A DNA stretch of 64,000 nucleotides from an uncultured Thermoplasmata archaeon (GCA_963719945.1 CAVRDX010000004.1:224001-288000), one strand, 5' to 3'. Positions 52,665 to 62,602 are shown, counted from the first letter of the stretch. Program-made: numbers and translations. The notes: generated by a model from the letters alone, not told the origin.

Positions 52665-53482
52665 CAGATGGTTGGCTTATCAAGAACATGAGGGCCATCC
52701 GGGGCCGTGCATATCCTAGGGTGATCGGTGCGGGCAGGGAGCCCAGCTGGATCTTCTTCGAGATAGTGTTGCCCCTGTTCACAGTCGCCGCCTACGCGTA
52801 CATCTATAAGTTCATGGACGCGCGCGCGGAGCTGATCGGATATGTCGTGCTGGGCGGTGCCATGACCGCCTTCTGGTTGAACGTGCTCTGGAACATGGCA
52901 TCCCAATTCTACTGGGAGAAGGAGATAGGGAACCTCCAGTTGTACATGATAGCGCCTATCTCCAGGATGTCTGTGCTGGCGGGAATGGCCCTGGGCGGCA
53001 TGTTCTCGACCACACTGCACGCCGCATCGACATTGCTGATAGGGACGATGCTGTTCAACATCGCGTTCCAGGTCGTCGACCCGATCATGTTGATACTGAT
53101 ATTCGCCACGACGCTTGTGGCCCTTTACGGCATGGGCATGATGTTCGCCTCGATGTATCTGTTATTTGGTCGCGAGGCTCATCATCTCTCCAACCTGCTG
53201 ACGGACCCAGTGTATCTGGTATCGGGTTTCTATTTCCCGGTGAATTCCCTTGGGAAATATGCTGCAGCCGGCGCTTCGTTGATCCCGGTCACCTTGGGCC
53301 TCGACGCGTTGCGTCAACTGTTCTTCTCGAATGTCTCAGGGGATGGGTTCCTGCCTCTCAACATCGAGCTACTCATACTCGTCGGACTTAGCATCCTGTT
53401 CATGGTGCTCGCGAAGTACTCGCTCTCGTACATGGAGTACCTGGGCAAGACGACTGGGAGGTTGACTTTGAGATGGCAATAA
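52661..53482 (+). CDS. ABC-2 type permease
   Basis: About 6 TM segments, EKEIGNL, SGFYFP; overlaps the ATPase gene. Confidence 0.88.
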   Translation: MTDGWLIKNMRAIRGRAYPRVIGAGREPSWIFFEIVLPLFTVAAYAYIYKFMDARAELIGYVVLGGAMTAFWLNVLWNMASQFYWEKEIGNLQLYMIAPISRMSVLAGMALGGMFSTTLHAASTLLIGTMLFNIAFQVVDPIMLILIFATTLVALYGMGMMFASMYLLFGREAHHLSNLLTDPVYLVSGFYFPVNSLGKYAAAGASLIPVTLGLDALRQLFFSNVSGDGFLPLNIELLILVGLSILFMVLAKYSLSYMEYLGKTTGRLTLRWQ

Positions 53483-54351
53483 TCCACGACCTCCGGACGC
53501 TCAAGAACGCCGCATGGCTCGGCTGGCAGATGGAGGCGAACTGGACCGACCCGTTCCTGTTCGCCACTTATTCGATAGTGAAACCCATCAGCGCGACCTT
53601 GATCCTGGTGTTCATGTACATGGTAGTGACCGGCGGGGAGACATCCACGCCCTTCTTCTCCTACATGTACATCGGGAACGCCCTCTACATGTACGTCGCC
53701 GAGGTGCTGTTCGGCGTGACTTGGGTCATCCACGACGATAGGGAGCACTACATGACCCTGAAACAGGTGTACATCGCCCCCATCAAGTTCTACATGTACA
53801 TACTCGGCCGTTCAGCGATAAAGATCGCGATAACCTCCGCGGGCGTGTTCATTACCCTCCTCTTCGGAGTGATCGTGCTAGGGGTCGGGATAGACATTGG
53901 AGCGATAGACTGGCCGCTGTTCGCAGTCTCCATGCTCCTCGGTATGAGCTGCATATGCGTGCTCGGCCTTGCGCTGGGTGGGGTCACGTTCCTCACGGCG
54001 AAGCACTCGATCGGCATAAACGAAGGTGTCGCCGGCGTGTTCTATGTGCTCTCAGGAGTCATATTCCCTATCACCGCCCTTCCCGGATGGGCACAGTCGA
54101 TATCCAAGGTCCTGCCGGTGACCTACTGGATGGATTCGATGCGCCGGGCGCTGATGCCGGAGACGATGAACGAGCTCAACTCCCTGTCGGGCATGGACGT
54201 GACCGGTCTGGGCACGTTGGACAACCTGTTCATAATGTCGTTCCTGGCACTATCCACCGCCGTCTTCTTCATGTTATCCATGGGCGTGTTCAAGTATGCG
54301 GACAACGTCGCCAGGAGGAAGGGCAAGATAGACTGGACCACTTCGTACTGA
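53473..54351 (+). CDS. ABC-2 type permease
   Basis: About 6 TM segments, SGVIFPITALPGW...LPVTY. Confidence 0.88.
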   Translation: MAIIHDLRTLKNAAWLGWQMEANWTDPFLFATYSIVKPISATLILVFMYMVVTGGETSTPFFSYMYIGNALYMYVAEVLFGVTWVIHDDREHYMTLKQVYIAPIKFYMYILGRSAIKIAITSAGVFITLLFGVIVLGVGIDIGAIDWPLFAVSMLLGMSCICVLGLALGGVTFLTAKHSIGINEGVAGVFYVLSGVIFPITALPGWAQSISKVLPVTYWMDSMRRALMPETMNELNSLSGMDVTGLGTLDNLFIMSFLALSTAVFFMLSMGVFKYADNVARRKGKIDWTTSY

Positions 54352-54422
54352 CGCCCCAGGGAATGGTTAGTTATTTCTACCGTTCCCCGCATGGAGGTGT
54401 CCGCTCAATGAGCGCAATCATT

Positions 54423-54496
54423 GCCCGAGTGGGGTAGCTTGGATATCCTAGAAGCCTGCGGAGTTTCAGACCTGGGTTCGAATCCCAGCTCGGGCG
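54423..54496 (+). tRNA. tRNA-Arg(GCG)
   Basis: GCCCGAG/CTCGGGC acceptor, GAAGC-CT-GCG-GA-GTTTC anticodon arm, GGTTCGAATCC; no intron. Confidence 0.93.
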
Positions 54497-54556
54497 CCTC
54501 CTTCTTTCGAATCGCAGGGCAAGAGCCATCTACACCTTAGCTCAATCCCTTGTACG

Positions 54557-55447
54557 ATGCGTCCTGAATTCGATACCATATTGAACGATCTCAGGGGAGA
54601 CAACCTCTCGGGTGCAACCGCCCTGACCATCGAGGCTTCAAAATCGCTCTGGAGAATATGCAGCGACCCGAAGACAAAACTCCAACGAAATGATGTCTCG
54701 GAGCTGGCAGTCGCTCTCGTAAGGGCCCAGCCGAACATGGGTTGCATCTGGAGCCTTGCGGATTCGTTGCTGAAGGCCGATCCCACCCCGATTGAGATAT
54801 CTCGGATGTGCGAATCGACGATCACTCATCACATGTCCGCTCCAGGCAAGCTGGCGGACATCGTCCTACCATCCATCAAGGGGAAGACCATCCTCACGAG
54901 CAGCTCTAGCAGCGCGGTTTTCAACGCACTCGTGAAAGCATCATCGGATTCGCAACTCTCGGTCTTCGCGTGTGAGTCCAGACCTCTGCGGGAGGGCGTG
55001 ATCATGGCGAGAGAACTGAGCAGCCTGGGGGTCGAAGTGACCGTGATCGCCGATGCCGCATTGGCGAAGTATTCTGCCAAGGCCGATGTCATGCTCGTGG
55101 GCTCGGATATGGTCAATGCGAACGGTGCCATCGGCAAGATCGGTATCGCTCACATGGGCCTCTCCTCCAGAGCCTATGGAACTCCGCTGCTGGTCCTGTC
55201 AGATTCCTCGAAGTTCGTGCCCGCTCCCCTCGTGGATGATTCGCGAAGACCGGACGAATTGCTCGAACCAGGTCTCACTTCAGTACGGGCGGAGAACTTT
55301 TATTTCGAGGAGGCCCCCCACGGAGCGATCTCGTCGATATTCACGGAATCCAGACAGATGACTGGTCCTGAAGCCGCCAAGATCGCTTCCGAGGTGCTGT
55401 TGGACGAGCGACTATCGGCTCTCATCGGCCGTTCTGGATCTTCCTGA
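54557..55447 (+). CDS. eIF-2B alpha/beta/delta-family protein
   Basis: SGAT, AQPNM, ESRPLREG, VGSD...KIG, DSSKF, FEEAP, IFTE. Confidence 0.85.
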   Translation: MRPEFDTILNDLRGDNLSGATALTIEASKSLWRICSDPKTKLQRNDVSELAVALVRAQPNMGCIWSLADSLLKADPTPIEISRMCESTITHHMSAPGKLADIVLPSIKGKTILTSSSSSAVFNALVKASSDSQLSVFACESRPLREGVIMARELSSLGVEVTVIADAALAKYSAKADVMLVGSDMVNANGAIGKIGIAHMGLSSRAYGTPLLVLSDSSKFVPAPLVDDSRRPDELLEPGLTSVRAENFYFEEAPHGAISSIFTESRQMTGPEAAKIASEVLLDERLSALIGRSGSS

Positions 55448-56855
55448 AGAACTCGTCCAGCTTCGACAGCTCTTCCTTCGTCATCAGAGGCGTCTTCGGC
55501 TTGCTCAGTATCCTCTTCACCTCTTCGCTCGCCCTGCTGATGAGCAACCCGCGCTTGCATTCCCTCATCCTGTGCTCGATGGACGCTTCTGGACGTGCTG
55601 ATGCGATAATCTCCTTTCTGAACCTCGACATCGTATGCCTTTTGCCGATGAAATTGCCGTCCTTCGCTGCGTCCCTGATCGTGTCAAAGGAGATTGCATC
55701 GTCATCGGTGTCGAATCTTCTCGCGAACTCTTTCGCGACATCCCAGACCCACGCATCAGCCACCAGCTGCTCGAACGAGGCCCCGGTCGCCATGTCAATC
55801 CCACCGAAACCTGAGGCGAGATCCGATGGCACCATGCTCTGGATCGAGATGTGCGGCACACCCTCCCATACATTGCTCATGCCGTGTGCCAGATTCTCCA
55901 GGCCGACACCTATCACCATTGTCGGAAGTCCGTAGAATCTCCCCATCTGTCCCGCGCCGACCCTTATGAGTGGCACTTCTAGAGCGCCATAATCTATCGA
56001 GCCTGTCTTGAGGTCTCCTGGACTCGAGTCTGTGCTGTATATGAACGGGGATCCGTGCTTCGCCACCTGTGATATGACGAGGCTGGCCAGGTTCTCCGCA
56101 TTGACTTGGGCCAATGTGCCCGAAATTGTCACAGGCGAAGTCAGGCCGGTGACCGATGCGGCCATCGCGACTATCGGTATGCCGCCACGCGAGAGTTCGA
56201 CCTGCCCTTCCACCAATCCTTTCTCGAAGGTCAGAGGCGATATCGGGCATTCCACGGCCGAGAAGATGGGTCTCTTCGCGAGCCCCTCCTCCCCACCAGT
56301 GAAGATCGAGGCCATCTCGATCATCCATCGAGCCTCCTCAGTGCCGGTTGCCATGGCCTGGATGTGTTTCGTCGTGTGCATCAGTGAGATCTTGAGTTCG
56401 GTTATTCCCTTGAGCCTCACGGACTGTTCGAGTGCCCCGACCATGGGCCAGAAGAAATCTATCTGGGGGAGTTCGTTGACCAGTATAGCGAAATCCCTGA
56501 GATCATCGGATGTGGCCTGCCTCGACTCACCGGTCACCAGGTCCTTTACGAAGACCCCTTCGCCGCCGTTGGTGACATACATCCTATCGAGTGAGGGTAT
56601 GCTGATGTCGTTCTTCCCGTCCCTGGATGCCAGAAGCACTGGTCGCTTCGCATCGGCTACAGCCGACATGACGATCCTCTCGTCCAGAAGCAATCTCTTG
56701 CCGTCGTCAGACCGCCGGGCGCCTGCCTTTTCGAGCATCTCAGACACTTGCTGGCTATGGACAAGTATGCCCACTTCGTTCAGCAATCTCAACGATGTCC
56801 TGTGTATGCGCGCTATCTCCTCCTTGTCCAAGAACTCCATACGCCCTCTCGCCAT
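55422..56855 (-). CDS. Trimethylamine methyltransferase (MttB superfamily), non-pyrrolysine
   Basis: IHRTSLRLLNEVGI, PISPL, TSPVTISGTLAQVNAENLA, GQMGRFYGLP, SFEQLVAD; no in-frame TAG. Confidence 0.9.
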   Translation of the reverse strand: MARGRMEFLDKEEIARIHRTSLRLLNEVGILVHSQQVSEMLEKAGARRSDDGKRLLLDERIVMSAVADAKRPVLLASRDGKNDISIPSLDRMYVTNGGEGVFVKDLVTGESRQATSDDLRDFAILVNELPQIDFFWPMVGALEQSVRLKGITELKISLMHTTKHIQAMATGTEEARWMIEMASIFTGGEEGLAKRPIFSAVECPISPLTFEKGLVEGQVELSRGGIPIVAMAASVTGLTSPVTISGTLAQVNAENLASLVISQVAKHGSPFIYSTDSSPGDLKTGSIDYGALEVPLIRVGAGQMGRFYGLPTMVIGVGLENLAHGMSNVWEGVPHISIQSMVPSDLASGFGGIDMATGASFEQLVADAWVWDVAKEFARRFDTDDDAISFDTIRDAAKDGNFIGKRHTMSRFRKEIIASARPEASIEHRMRECKRGLLISRASEEVKRILSKPKTPLMTKEELSKLDEFFRKIQNGR

Positions 56856-57037
56856 CAGCAACACCTCTCCTCTAAGCGGAACACCTGAAGCTTTCCATTT
56901 TGAATAATGTTTTGCTATTTTCGTCATTTTTGGCCAGATGTCGGTCGGATTCCGTTCAGCCGTATCGTGGATAGTGCGCAATCGATGATACTTTGATATT
57001 GACTGGCACCATTAGGCCAGCGAGGAGAATCCGGTAC

Positions 57038-57346
57038 ATGGAAGCTGAATGGCGCAAAGCCCTGTTCAGATTTCTTCTGAACAACATCGGGCAGCTCGAT
57101 CAGGACGAGTTCGATGCATGGGTCGACGATGATTTCGATATGGCGCCTCTGCTCGCTCCGTTCCTGAAGACGATGTCTGCGCATAGGGACAGGATATTGG
57201 CGGAAATGCATCAGATCTTCCCTGCAGAGGTGTTCGACAGGTTCAAGGTCGAACACCCGGAGATCGCTATCGCATCGGCGGACAGGGTTGTATTCAAGAT
57301 CGGCAAGGAACTTGAGGCGATAAAGTCCATCGTGAGTTCGCTGTGA
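57038..57346 (+). CDS. Hypothetical protein (about 102 aa, helical)
   Basis: Open frame with host-like codon usage and GAGGAG upstream of ATG 57038; no motif recognised. Confidence 0.65.
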   Translation: MEAEWRKALFRFLLNNIGQLDQDEFDAWVDDDFDMAPLLAPFLKTMSAHRDRILAEMHQIFPAEVFDRFKVEHPEIAIASADRVVFKIGKELEAIKSIVSSL

Positions 57347-57660
57347 TGACTAATTCTACGTGCGAACATCGTCGTTAGAATCCGTCTACTGCCAGTGTAT
57401 TCGACCTTTTCTGGACGTCTTGGCCTAATGTTGTACGTATCGGATGTTCACGCCCTTCGTTGATGGAGAATGAATGAATCGCATACGCATCTTGATCATT
57501 TACGGATGCCAGCTATCGGTTTGGCGGACTTGTGTGTACGTGCAAAACCGTTATTATTCGGAATGGGATTTTGTTAATGAACCAGATGACAAATAATGAA
57601 GATCAGTCTGTTGATGCGGACAAGAAATGTCCATCAAAATCTCATTTTAGCCCACATTTG

Positions 57661-59511
57661 ATGGCCGATTGGCAGGAAAAGTACCGCGAGAAAGTGCGAA
57701 CGGCCGAACAGGCGATATCCACCATCCGTAGGGGAGACAAGGTCTTCATCGGGTCAGGTGCCGCAGAACCCCAGCACTTGGTCAAGGCATTGATAGATTC
57801 TGCGGGGAGGCTCGCAGATACCAGGATCATGCACATCATGACCCTCGGTGTCGCACCATACACTGAGGAGAAGTTCACGGACCAGTTCAGACATAACGCG
57901 TTCTTCATCGGCGCCAACACTAGGAAGGCGGTTTCAGAGGGAAGGGCAGATTACACTCCAGTGTTTCTATCGGAGATACCTGCGTTGTTCCGTTCGGGTC
58001 AGAGCCCGATCGATGTCGCACTTATACAGGTCTCACCACCAGACAAACACGGCTACTGCAGTTACGGAGTCTCCACAGATGTCGTGAAATCGGCTTCGGA
58101 GTCTGCCACTAAGGTGATAGCTGAGATCAATCCGCAGATGCCACGAGCACTTGGGGACTGTTTCATCAACATGGATGAAATCGATCTGGTCATCCCGATA
58201 GATGCGCCGCTCCTCTATTCCAAGCGGGACCGGGCGGATGATATTGCGAAGAAGATCGGGAAGAACATCGCAGACCTGATCGAGGACGGATCAACGATCC
58301 AGATGGGCATAGGAACGATTCCCGATTCGGTGCTGTATTATCTCACCGACAAGAAGGATCTGGGTATACACACTGAAATGTTCTCTGACGGACTTATGGA
58401 GCTTGCTCAGCGGGACGTCATCAACAACTCGAAGAAGACCTTGCACAAAGGAAAGACGATAGCATCGTTCTGCATGGGCAGCCGCGCGCTGTACGATTTC
58501 GTGGACGACAATCCTGCTATCGAGTTCCACCCGACAGAATACACGAACGACCCGTTCATCATATCGCAGAACGACAAGATGGTTGCGATAAACTCCGCAA
58601 TCGAAGTCGACCTCACAGGCCAGGTATGCGCCGACTCACTCGGTACCATGTTCTACTCCGGCATAGGAGGTCAGGTCGATTTCGTCCGTGGGTCGGCTAG
58701 GTCAAAGGGCGGGAAACCGATCATCGCACTGCCCTCGACCGCCAAGGACGATACGGTCTCCAGAATATCCGTGCACCTCCACGAGGGCGCTGGCGTCGTC
58801 ACGACTAGGGGAGATGTCCACTATGTGGTGACCGAATATGGAGCTGCGTACCTGCACGGAAAGAACATACGTGAGAGGGCGATGTCGCTCATCAGCATAG
58901 CACATCCCAAGTTCCGTCAGGATCTGATGGAAGCTGCGAAGGAACTGAACTACGTCTACGGCGACCAGAAGCTCGCGCCTCAGACGACCAGGTATCCAGA
59001 GGAATTCGAGACGGTCATGCGAGAGAAGCAGGGTAGCGATCTCCTCGTGAGACCGATCAAATCGACTGATGAGGAAATGCTCAGCGACATGTTCTACGAT
59101 CTGAGCGATCAGACTATCATCAACCGTTTCTTCAGCATGCTCAAGTCGATGCCGCACAGGAGACTCCAGGAGTTCTGTGTGATAGACTACGAATCTGAGA
59201 TATCCCTGGTGGTTCTGAAGGGCAAGGGGCCGAAGCAGAAAATGATTGGCGTGGGAAGCTATCACCTGAACCCTTCCACAAAACGCGCGGAAATAGCATT
59301 CCTTGTCGCCGATGAATGGCAGGGAAGAGGTATCGGGACATACTTGATGCATGAGCTGGTCAAGATTGCGCGACAGAAGAAGATCAGGGGATTCACCGCG
59401 GAGGTCCTGAGGGACAATGTGGCGATGATAGCCCTGATGCACAAGTCCGGCGTTCCGCCGAAGTCCGCGATTGTGAATGGAAGCTATCTGTTCACGATGG
59501 ACTTCGAATAG
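57661..59511 (+). CDS. Acetyl-CoA hydrolase / 4-hydroxybutyrate CoA-transferase fused to a C-terminal GNAT domain
   Basis: GRADYTP, QMGIGTIP, GIHTEMFSDG, SGIGGQVDF, VVTEYG; then RPIKSTD...RFF, EIAFLVADEWQGRGIG. Confidence 0.92.
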   Translation: MADWQEKYREKVRTAEQAISTIRRGDKVFIGSGAAEPQHLVKALIDSAGRLADTRIMHIMTLGVAPYTEEKFTDQFRHNAFFIGANTRKAVSEGRADYTPVFLSEIPALFRSGQSPIDVALIQVSPPDKHGYCSYGVSTDVVKSASESATKVIAEINPQMPRALGDCFINMDEIDLVIPIDAPLLYSKRDRADDIAKKIGKNIADLIEDGSTIQMGIGTIPDSVLYYLTDKKDLGIHTEMFSDGLMELAQRDVINNSKKTLHKGKTIASFCMGSRALYDFVDDNPAIEFHPTEYTNDPFIISQNDKMVAINSAIEVDLTGQVCADSLGTMFYSGIGGQVDFVRGSARSKGGKPIIALPSTAKDDTVSRISVHLHEGAGVVTTRGDVHYVVTEYGAAYLHGKNIRERAMSLISIAHPKFRQDLMEAAKELNYVYGDQKLAPQTTRYPEEFETVMREKQGSDLLVRPIKSTDEEMLSDMFYDLSDQTIINRFFSMLKSMPHRRLQEFCVIDYESEISLVVLKGKGPKQKMIGVGSYHLNPSTKRAEIAFLVADEWQGRGIGTYLMHELVKIARQKKIRGFTAEVLRDNVAMIALMHKSGVPPKSAIVNGSYLFTMDFE

Positions 59512-59550
59512 GTTATACACCTCGTACGCAGATTACCGTCCGGGTTTCCG

Positions 59551-60393
59551 ATGCTATTGGGCGCGCATGTATCCATCACGGGAGGCGTTCAGAACGCTCC
59601 TCAACGCGCACGTGAGGTCACGTGCGATTGTATGCAGATATTCTCTAAGAACCAGATGCAATGGAAATCGAGACCTCTCGAGGCGACCGAGATCTCCCAC
59701 TTCAAAGAGGACATTGGGAAGTTCGAGATTCGCGAGACAGTCATACACGATTCATATCTGATCAACCTAGGAAGTCCTGACAAGGAGCTATTGGCGAAGT
59801 CGAGAAACGCCTTCCTGGACGAAGCGGTCAGGGCGGATCAGTTGGGTGTCAGATATCTGATATTCCACCCTGGCGCCCATGTGGGTTCCGGCGAACAGAC
59901 CGGGCTGAAGACCGTTGCGGAATCGTTGAACTGGGTGCGGAAGGAATTGGGTTCGAGCCAGGTGGAGTTCATAATCGAGATAACAGCAGGTCAGGGCAGC
60001 GTCCTCGGCCATTCTTTCGAGCAGCTTTCAAAGATAATAGATATGTTGGACGATCAGAAGCGCGCGGGCATATGTTTCGACACCTGTCACGCGTACGCTG
60101 CCGGGTACGATGTGAAGACCAGGTCCGGATACGAGAAGACATTCGTCCACCTGGACGAAGTCTTGGGGGTAGATATGGTCAAGGCCATGCACCTCAACGA
60201 TTCCAAGGGCAAGTTGGGGTCCCATCTCGACAGACACGACGAGATCGGGAAGGGTTTTCTCGGCATCGAGTGTTTCAAGCATATCGTGAACGACGACCGG
60301 TGGGAGTCCGTGCCTATGGTCCTCGAGACGCCTCAGGCCGAAAAGAATTATGCCAATGAACTCAAGACTCTCCGTTCACTCATCGAGAAGTGA
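59551..60393 (+). CDS. nfo: Endonuclease IV
   Basis: GAHVS, HDSYLINL, FHPG, CFDTCH, HLNDSK, DRH, LETP. Confidence 0.96.
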   Translation: MLLGAHVSITGGVQNAPQRAREVTCDCMQIFSKNQMQWKSRPLEATEISHFKEDIGKFEIRETVIHDSYLINLGSPDKELLAKSRNAFLDEAVRADQLGVRYLIFHPGAHVGSGEQTGLKTVAESLNWVRKELGSSQVEFIIEITAGQGSVLGHSFEQLSKIIDMLDDQKRAGICFDTCHAYAAGYDVKTRSGYEKTFVHLDEVLGVDMVKAMHLNDSKGKLGSHLDRHDEIGKGFLGIECFKHIVNDDRWESVPMVLETPQAEKNYANELKTLRSLIEK

Positions 60394-62302
60394 GTTCCTT
60401 GATGTCGATACCCGAGCTCTCCAATATGTCGACATCGCCTGGGGGCATGATGCTCTGTATCTCTTCAATCGGCACTCCGAGCCTGTCTGCCAGCACCTTC
60501 GCGAACCTGTTCTTCTCTAGCTGACCTGGGCGAATGACCACGAACTTCGTGCACTTCGCTTTGATCGCGGAGACGGGCCCACACATCATCTTGCGTTCGT
60601 TCTCGAAAATGATCTCGCCGACTGCGAGTTTGATATCGATCTTGTCGGTGTAATTCCTCTTACCTCGGATCACGAAAGCTCCCTTGGCGAGATACTCTCC
60701 ACTCTGCGGGGTCTTGCTGACCTGTTCTGGAAGCACCCAATAACCGGCCGCGGATCCTATCTTCGCGTTCCATGCTTTCGAGGTTGCGACCGCGAACTCG
60801 CATGCCTCTCTCAGGGTCTCCTCGCCCACGCCATCCTTCATCTTGACGACGATGCTCGGAGCACCGTGCATGTCTGCATGGGCGTACCTATCGCCATCGT
60901 CGAGATGCTTCTTGACAAGCATGTCGTTGCTCTTCGCGTCCTTCCCGCCGAGGACGACCGCGCCCTCGCTTGATATGAACCATCTGTATCTCTCGAACCA
61001 GAATCTCTTGGTCGGTTTGTGCTTGGTCTTCTCTGCATCGGAGGCCTTCATCTTCTTCTGCTGTTCTATCTCCTTTCTCGTCTCCACAAGGACGACGAGG
61101 AGGCCTTCGAGCTTCTTCTTGGCCTTCTTCGCATCTTCATAATATCGTTGAGCGTTGGATTCGACAGTTCCTTTTATGTCGAGCTTGTATGTTGAATCGG
61201 CGATCTTCACGGTCAGGATCGAGGACTTCTTGTCGAACGAAACCACACATGGCATGTCGCCCACTTCTCCAGATGCGTCGACGTTCCGTTTCGCAGTCGC
61301 AATGATCGTGTTGACCTCACCATATATCGCGTACAACGCATCTCCAGCAGCCTGCGAATCATTGCTCTCATTCTGGAGGCTCGTCACTGCAGCTTCCTGC
61401 TGAGCAATCTTCCTCTTTAGCTTTCCGGAATCCTTCGATTCTTCGGCGACCTTCTCCTTCTTGGTCGCGGGTTTCATCGATATGTATCCTTCAATAGCTT
61501 CCGAGAACGATGGGAATTCGCTCGTCTCTCCACCATCGTATGTCTTCATGTTGATGGGGACGACGTCTTCTACCACACCGCCTTTCTTGACGATTATCCC
61601 CTTCTCCGATTCCTTCGCCTCTTTCATCAGAGTTTTTATCATGCCGAGGATAGCGGAGGATTCCTCCACCGAGACATTCGCTGCCTCAGTGTGTGGATCA
61701 ATACCGAGTCGAGCGCACGCTTCCTCGCTGTATCTCCCTCCGAGGTTCATCCTGGTCGCTAGGGTCCTCACGATGTCTGCATCGGATGCTCTCATCATCT
61801 CAGAGATCGATTCCTGGGTCATCTCGGAAGGGTCCGGTATGGGCGGCGGGAACGCGAACTCCCTCCTCGCCCTGACGATCCTATGCTTCCAAGTACGGCT
61901 GATGAGTGGTTGGACTATGATGCCATCCTTCACGAGGACGACGTTCCCCTCGGCGAAGAGTTCCAGGACGAGTTCGTACCTGCCATCCTTCTCGAGCGTG
62001 AGCACGACTATCCTCTCGAAGCCCTGCTGTCTCACACCCGTCAACCTGGCGTTCGACACCCTCTTCCTGAGCATCATCGCGAAGTCCGTAGGCTGCTGTG
62101 GCATCTCCTTTGATTTGGCTGACCTAAAAAGCCATTTTCCGACGAAGAAATGTATGAACTCCTTTCCCTCGCCACGGCTCTTCAAGGCGAGGATCAGATG
62201 TTCCCTCGTAGGCTGATATACCTTGTCGAGGTTCCAATCGACGTACCGCTGGAGTTCCTTCACGACCGCGGTCACATCGAAACTGCTCAAGGCTTCCTTC
62301 AT
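60380..62302 (-). CDS. rqcH: Ribosome quality-control protein RqcH/Rqc2 (NFACT)
   Basis: FAMMLRK, FERIV, ELFAEGN, WFERYRWF, GGKDAKSND, GEYLAKGAFVIRGKRN. Confidence 0.93.
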   Translation of the reverse strand: MKEALSSFDVTAVVKELQRYVDWNLDKVYQPTREHLILALKSRGEGKEFIHFFVGKWLFRSAKSKEMPQQPTDFAMMLRKRVSNARLTGVRQQGFERIVVLTLEKDGRYELVLELFAEGNVVLVKDGIIVQPLISRTWKHRIVRARREFAFPPPIPDPSEMTQESISEMMRASDADIVRTLATRMNLGGRYSEEACARLGIDPHTEAANVSVEESSAILGMIKTLMKEAKESEKGIIVKKGGVVEDVVPINMKTYDGGETSEFPSFSEAIEGYISMKPATKKEKVAEESKDSGKLKRKIAQQEAAVTSLQNESNDSQAAGDALYAIYGEVNTIIATAKRNVDASGEVGDMPCVVSFDKKSSILTVKIADSTYKLDIKGTVESNAQRYYEDAKKAKKKLEGLLVVLVETRKEIEQQKKMKASDAEKTKHKPTKRFWFERYRWFISSEGAVVLGGKDAKSNDMLVKKHLDDGDRYAHADMHGAPSIVVKMKDGVGEETLREACEFAVATSKAWNAKIGSAAGYWVLPEQVSKTPQSGEYLAKGAFVIRGKRNYTDKIDIKLAVGEIIFENERKMMCGPVSAIKAKCTKFVVIRPGQLEKNRFAKVLADRLGVPIEEIQSIMPPGDVDILESSGIDIKELTSR

Positions 62303-62430
62303 CTGGATGATGAATCCTTGGACTCGCTATTAAATTATGTGTATGCGCCCAGTATGGTCAAAATAGGCCCCTCCGTCCTCAACAACCTTTTAATATGCCC
62401 GGCAAGATGACTTGCGGCCGGGCGCAGGAT

Positions 62431-62505
62431 GCCACTGTGGCTTAGAGGTATAGCGACGCCTTGGTAAGGCGTAGGTCGAGGGTTCAATTCCCTCCAGTGG
62501 CTCCA
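62431..62505 (+). tRNA. tRNA-Thr(GGU)
   Basis: GCCACTG/CAGTGGC acceptor, ACGCC-TT-GGT-AA-GGCGT anticodon arm, encoded CCA; TTTTAAT box upstream. Confidence 0.94.
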
Positions 62506-62602
62506 TCTCTTCTCCGATATCCTGCAATTTCGCTTTCTACATCTCACATATCGAAAAATACGAAAATTGAAAGGGTTTTCAGAGTTTTCGACTACCGCCA
62601 GC

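Noticed and set aside
55422-56855. Pyrrolysine (TAG) recoding in mttB or elsewhere
   Set aside because: mttB has no in-frame TAG. TAG acts as a true stop elsewhere: the paralog ending at 8410 stops on TAG where its twin stops on TGA.
57343-57420. C/D box sRNA starting at GTGATGA
   Set aside because: The motif overlaps a stop codon and no suitably placed CTGA D box follows.
54423-62505. Integrated element bounded by tRNA-Arg or tRNA-Thr
   Set aside because: No duplicated tRNA 3' end (att site) and no integrase found; nfo and rqcH are core genes.
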